Below are positions 61,454-64,000 of a stretch of 64,000 nucleotides of DNA, in pieces. Position numbers and translations under genes: made by a program. The DNA is taken from positions 925-64,924 of the forward strand of contig JAPLDU010000055.1 of NCBI GenBank assembly GCA_026391255.1. Direction: 5' to 3'. Source of the stretch: Bacteroidia bacterium (GTDB lineage: Bacteria; Bacteroidota; Bacteroidia; Bacteroidales; JAPLDU01). The notes beneath the pieces were generated by a model. That model saw only the letters and a list, made by a program, of their open reading frames with translations, made no database searches and had not been told where the DNA came from. The first letter of the stretch is position 1; each line of letters begins with the position of its first letter.

Positions 61454-62848
61454 ATGATTGACGATTCAACCATTTGTGCAATTTCGACACCATCCGGAAG
61501 CGGGGCAATAGCCATTATCAGGCTTTCGGGACCAGATGCTGTAAATATCTGTGAGTCGCTTTTTATTTCTGCCATTCCCGGGAAAAAACTAAAAGACCAA
61601 AAACCAAATACCATTCATTTAGGAACCATCACTCATAACGGATCGCCTGTAGATGAGGTCCTGGTATGCCTTTTCAGGGCTCCACATTCTTATACGGGAG
61701 AAGATATGATCGAGATATCCTGCCATGGCTCGGTATTTATCCAGAAGGAAATACTGAAATCACTTATATCATCCGGTGCAAGAATGGCCCTGGCAGGGGA
61801 GTTTACCCAGCGCGCATTTTTGCATGGCAAGCTTGATCTTTCCCAAGCCGAAGGAGTTGCCGATCTGATAATGGCTGAGTCTGCCGCATCACACAGGCTT
61901 GCACTCAGCCAGATAAGAGGAGGTTTCTCAACCGAGATCAATGAGTTGAGAACTAAATTACTTAATGTGGTATCATTAATAGAACTGGAACTCGATTTCA
62001 GCGAAGAAGATGTGGTATTTGCCGACCGTGATCACCTGAAGCAGCTTCTGACAGAAATAATAACACTGGTCAACAGGCTGGTCAGTTCCTTTGATCTTGG
62101 AAACGTGATCAGGACTGGAGTACCGGTTGTGATCGCCGGAGCACCCAATGTAGGAAAATCCAGTCTTCTGAATGCTATATTAAATGAAGAACGGGCTATT
62201 GTGACAGAGATCGCAGGAACCACCCGTGATTACCTGGAAGACATGATCACATTGGAAGGCATCAGCTTCCGGTTCATTGATACTGCCGGTATACGCGAAT
62301 CGGATGAAAAGATTGAAAAGCTGGGAATTGAACAGACATTCCGCAAAATTAAAGAAGCCAGGATCATCATCCTGGTGCTTGAGGCTATTACAGATTCAAT
62401 AAAAAACATAGAAATTATCAATGATATTCAAAAAAAGATCAGCACACAAAAACTGATCATCGCATTAAATAAGACCGACCTGGTAACTGACCCTCAAGCA
62501 TCTGCATCCCGCATTCTCAAAGAGTATCCGGGTATCCCGTTATTCCTGATCTCAGCCAGGGAAAAAACCGGCATACAGGAATTAATATCCGGATTGACCG
62601 GACAATTTGATCTTTCTTCTTTTGACAACGATTCAGTGATCGTTACCAACGCCAGGCATTACGAGGCACTGATGCATACCGGTGAAGCCATAGAACGGTT
62701 GATTGCCGGACTGGAACAGAATATCAGCAACGATTTCCTTGCTCAAGACATACGGGAAGCCATTCATTACCTGGGTCTGATCACAGGAACCATCAGCAAT
62801 GACGAAGTGCTTGGGAATATATTTAAGAGTTTTTGCATCGGAAAATAG
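61454..62848 (+). CDS. mnmE: tRNA uridine-5-carboxymethylaminomethyl(34) synthesis GTPase MnmE
   Basis: DTICAISTPSGSGAIAIIRLSG is present. The G1, G3 and G4 motifs are GAPNVGKSS, DTAGIR and NKTD. The C-terminus has the CIGK motif. Confidence 0.95.
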   Translation: MIDDSTICAISTPSGSGAIAIIRLSGPDAVNICESLFISAIPGKKLKDQKPNTIHLGTITHNGSPVDEVLVCLFRAPHSYTGEDMIEISCHGSVFIQKEILKSLISSGARMALAGEFTQRAFLHGKLDLSQAEGVADLIMAESAASHRLALSQIRGGFSTEINELRTKLLNVVSLIELELDFSEEDVVFADRDHLKQLLTEIITLVNRLVSSFDLGNVIRTGVPVVIAGAPNVGKSSLLNAILNEERAIVTEIAGTTRDYLEDMITLEGISFRFIDTAGIRESDEKIEKLGIEQTFRKIKEARIIILVLEAITDSIKNIEIINDIQKKISTQKLIIALNKTDLVTDPQASASRILKEYPGIPLFLISAREKTGIQELISGLTGQFDLSSFDNDSVIVTNARHYEALMHTGEAIERLIAGLEQNISNDFLAQDIREAIHYLGLITGTISNDEVLGNIFKSFCIGK

Positions 62849-63182
62849 AAGCTATAAATTAACCAGATGGTAAACAGGTAATGAAACTATACTACATCCT
62901 GATTATCTGGCATTTTCAGTATCACCATCAGATCGACTTTGTGGTCAACCCTGGTACTCATTAGATAATTGTTTTAGGTAAAGCATCTGACTAATTGAAT
63001 ATCTATGCACTTTCAGAATATTTTGATAAAAATTTATCAGCAAAATAGCTGTATCTAATTAACAATTTAATGATTACGAATATTTTGTCATGTACTTTGT
63101 AAATATTTATGAGATTTTGTTGAATATTCAGATTAATATTTAGACTTTTATAGTTATAAATAACTCTAAATTCTTATACAAA

Positions 63183-64000
63183 ATGAAAAATATTTATTTT
63201 CAGTTACTATTTGTGCTCTCCATGATTGGATTGAGCTTTGTGGCAGGAGCCACTGTGATCACGGTAAGTAACAGTGTTGTTTCTGCTGCGCAATACAGCA
63301 ACCTTCAAACTGCACTCGACAACTGCAATGTAAATGATACCATCTATGTACTGGGTTCTGTCACCAGTTATGGTACCATACACATCAAAAAAAGAATAAC
63401 CCTGTTTGGAGCAGGTTATGATCCCTACACCACGCAATTGAGTCTTCAAACAAAAATCGGTACGGTTTATATTGATACACTGACCTTTCCGATCAGCGGA
63501 ATGAAAATATGCGGATTTCAAATTGAAGGAATGATAAATAATAGTAATACTGCGGTAAAATCTGTCACTATTGAAAGAAACCGGATCAACTCAAGCGGCC
63601 CGGCAGTGAATGTTGGAGGAAACAACTGGGTTATAAGGAATAATATTTTAGGAAACTGGGTCTCTTCTATTAATGTGAACTATTATTCCAATATCCTGAT
63701 ATTGAATAATTTTATTTATTATGGGGCTGTTGTAAATTCAAGTTCTTCCAGTGTACTTATATCTAACAATATTTTTTATAATTTCACTTCATTTAGTAAT
63801 GTGTCCAATGCAATTTTTACAAATAACATATTCCTGGGAGCAGTGGTTAGCGGATGTTCATTATGCAGTTTCAGCAGTAATATTACTTATAATTCGGGAA
63901 GTTTACCTGATGGAAATAACTCCGGCGCTGGAAATTTCAATAATATGAATCCATTGTTTGTATCTGCAAACATTCCTATGTCAGGCGTTGACTGGCTTAG
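63183..64000 (+). CDS. secreted right-handed parallel beta-helix repeat protein (3' end beyond the window)
   Basis: This ORF is not in the supplied track because it is open to the window end. It starts at ATG 63183 with a signal peptide (MKNIYFQLLFVLSMIGLSFVAGA). Periodic Asn-rich turns follow (IRNNIL, ILNNFI, ISNNIF, FTNNIF). No stop codon was found in frame on manual translation. Confidence 0.65.
   Translation, partial: MKNIYFQLLFVLSMIGLSFVAGATVITVSNSVVSAAQYSNLQTALDNCNVNDTIYVLGSVTSYGTIHIKKRITLFGAGYDPYTTQLSLQTKIGTVYIDTLTFPISGMKICGFQIEGMINNSNTAVKSVTIERNRINSSGPAVNVGGNNWVIRNNILGNWVSSINVNYYSNILILNNFIYYGAVVNSSSSSVLISNNIFYNFTSFSNVSNAIFTNNIFLGAVVSGCSLCSFSSNITYNSGSLPDGNNSGAGNFNNMNPLFVSANIPMSGVDWL

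Overview
The window looks like a chromosomal segment of a Bacteroidota-type genome. It has T9SS/gliding genes (gldJ, porP/sprF, porU), -33 TTTG / -7 TAnnTTTG promoter signatures and AT-rich spacers. A 4-subunit 2-oxoacid:ferredoxin oxidoreductase suggests an anaerobe. The left end is the distal dcw cluster: murD (partial), ftsW, murG, murC, ftsQ, ftsA. Instead of one ftsZ, the cluster ends with three tandem, full-length, mutually diverged ftsZ paralogs (6552-7805, 7945-9303, 9519-10949). Only the third carries a canonical FtsA-binding C-terminal peptide. This is the strongest candidate for something new. The rest is mostly housekeeping and envelope genes: purL, ubiE, a UbiA prenyltransferase, a GH3 beta-glucosidase, a YdiJ-like FAD/Fe-S oxidase, a two-component system next to a BNR/T9SS cargo protein, DUF2723, an SRAP peptidase, mgsA, rpmE, hup, tRNA-Ser, murF, sucD and mnmE. 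A second striking property is the intergenic DNA. Nearly every spacer is built from families of 7-9 nt 'word' tandem repeats and from longer (about 50-300 bp) elements that recur within the window. Many of these are arranged as inverted repeats, and one sits inside the kor operon. Other oddities are a GC-rich multi-hairpin island in an 800-bp gene-free spacer upstream of rpmE, and a tandemly duplicated unit containing the 3' end of tRNA-Ser. There is also an apparent 1-nt frameshift in ftsW, a LytTR response regulator whose receiver domain starts upstream of any canonical start codon, and a secreted nucleoside-hydrolase/FmdE-like fusion. No CRISPR array, rRNA, transposase, integrase or recognisable defence system was seen. 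All functional calls rest on motif and family recognition by eye; no searches were run.
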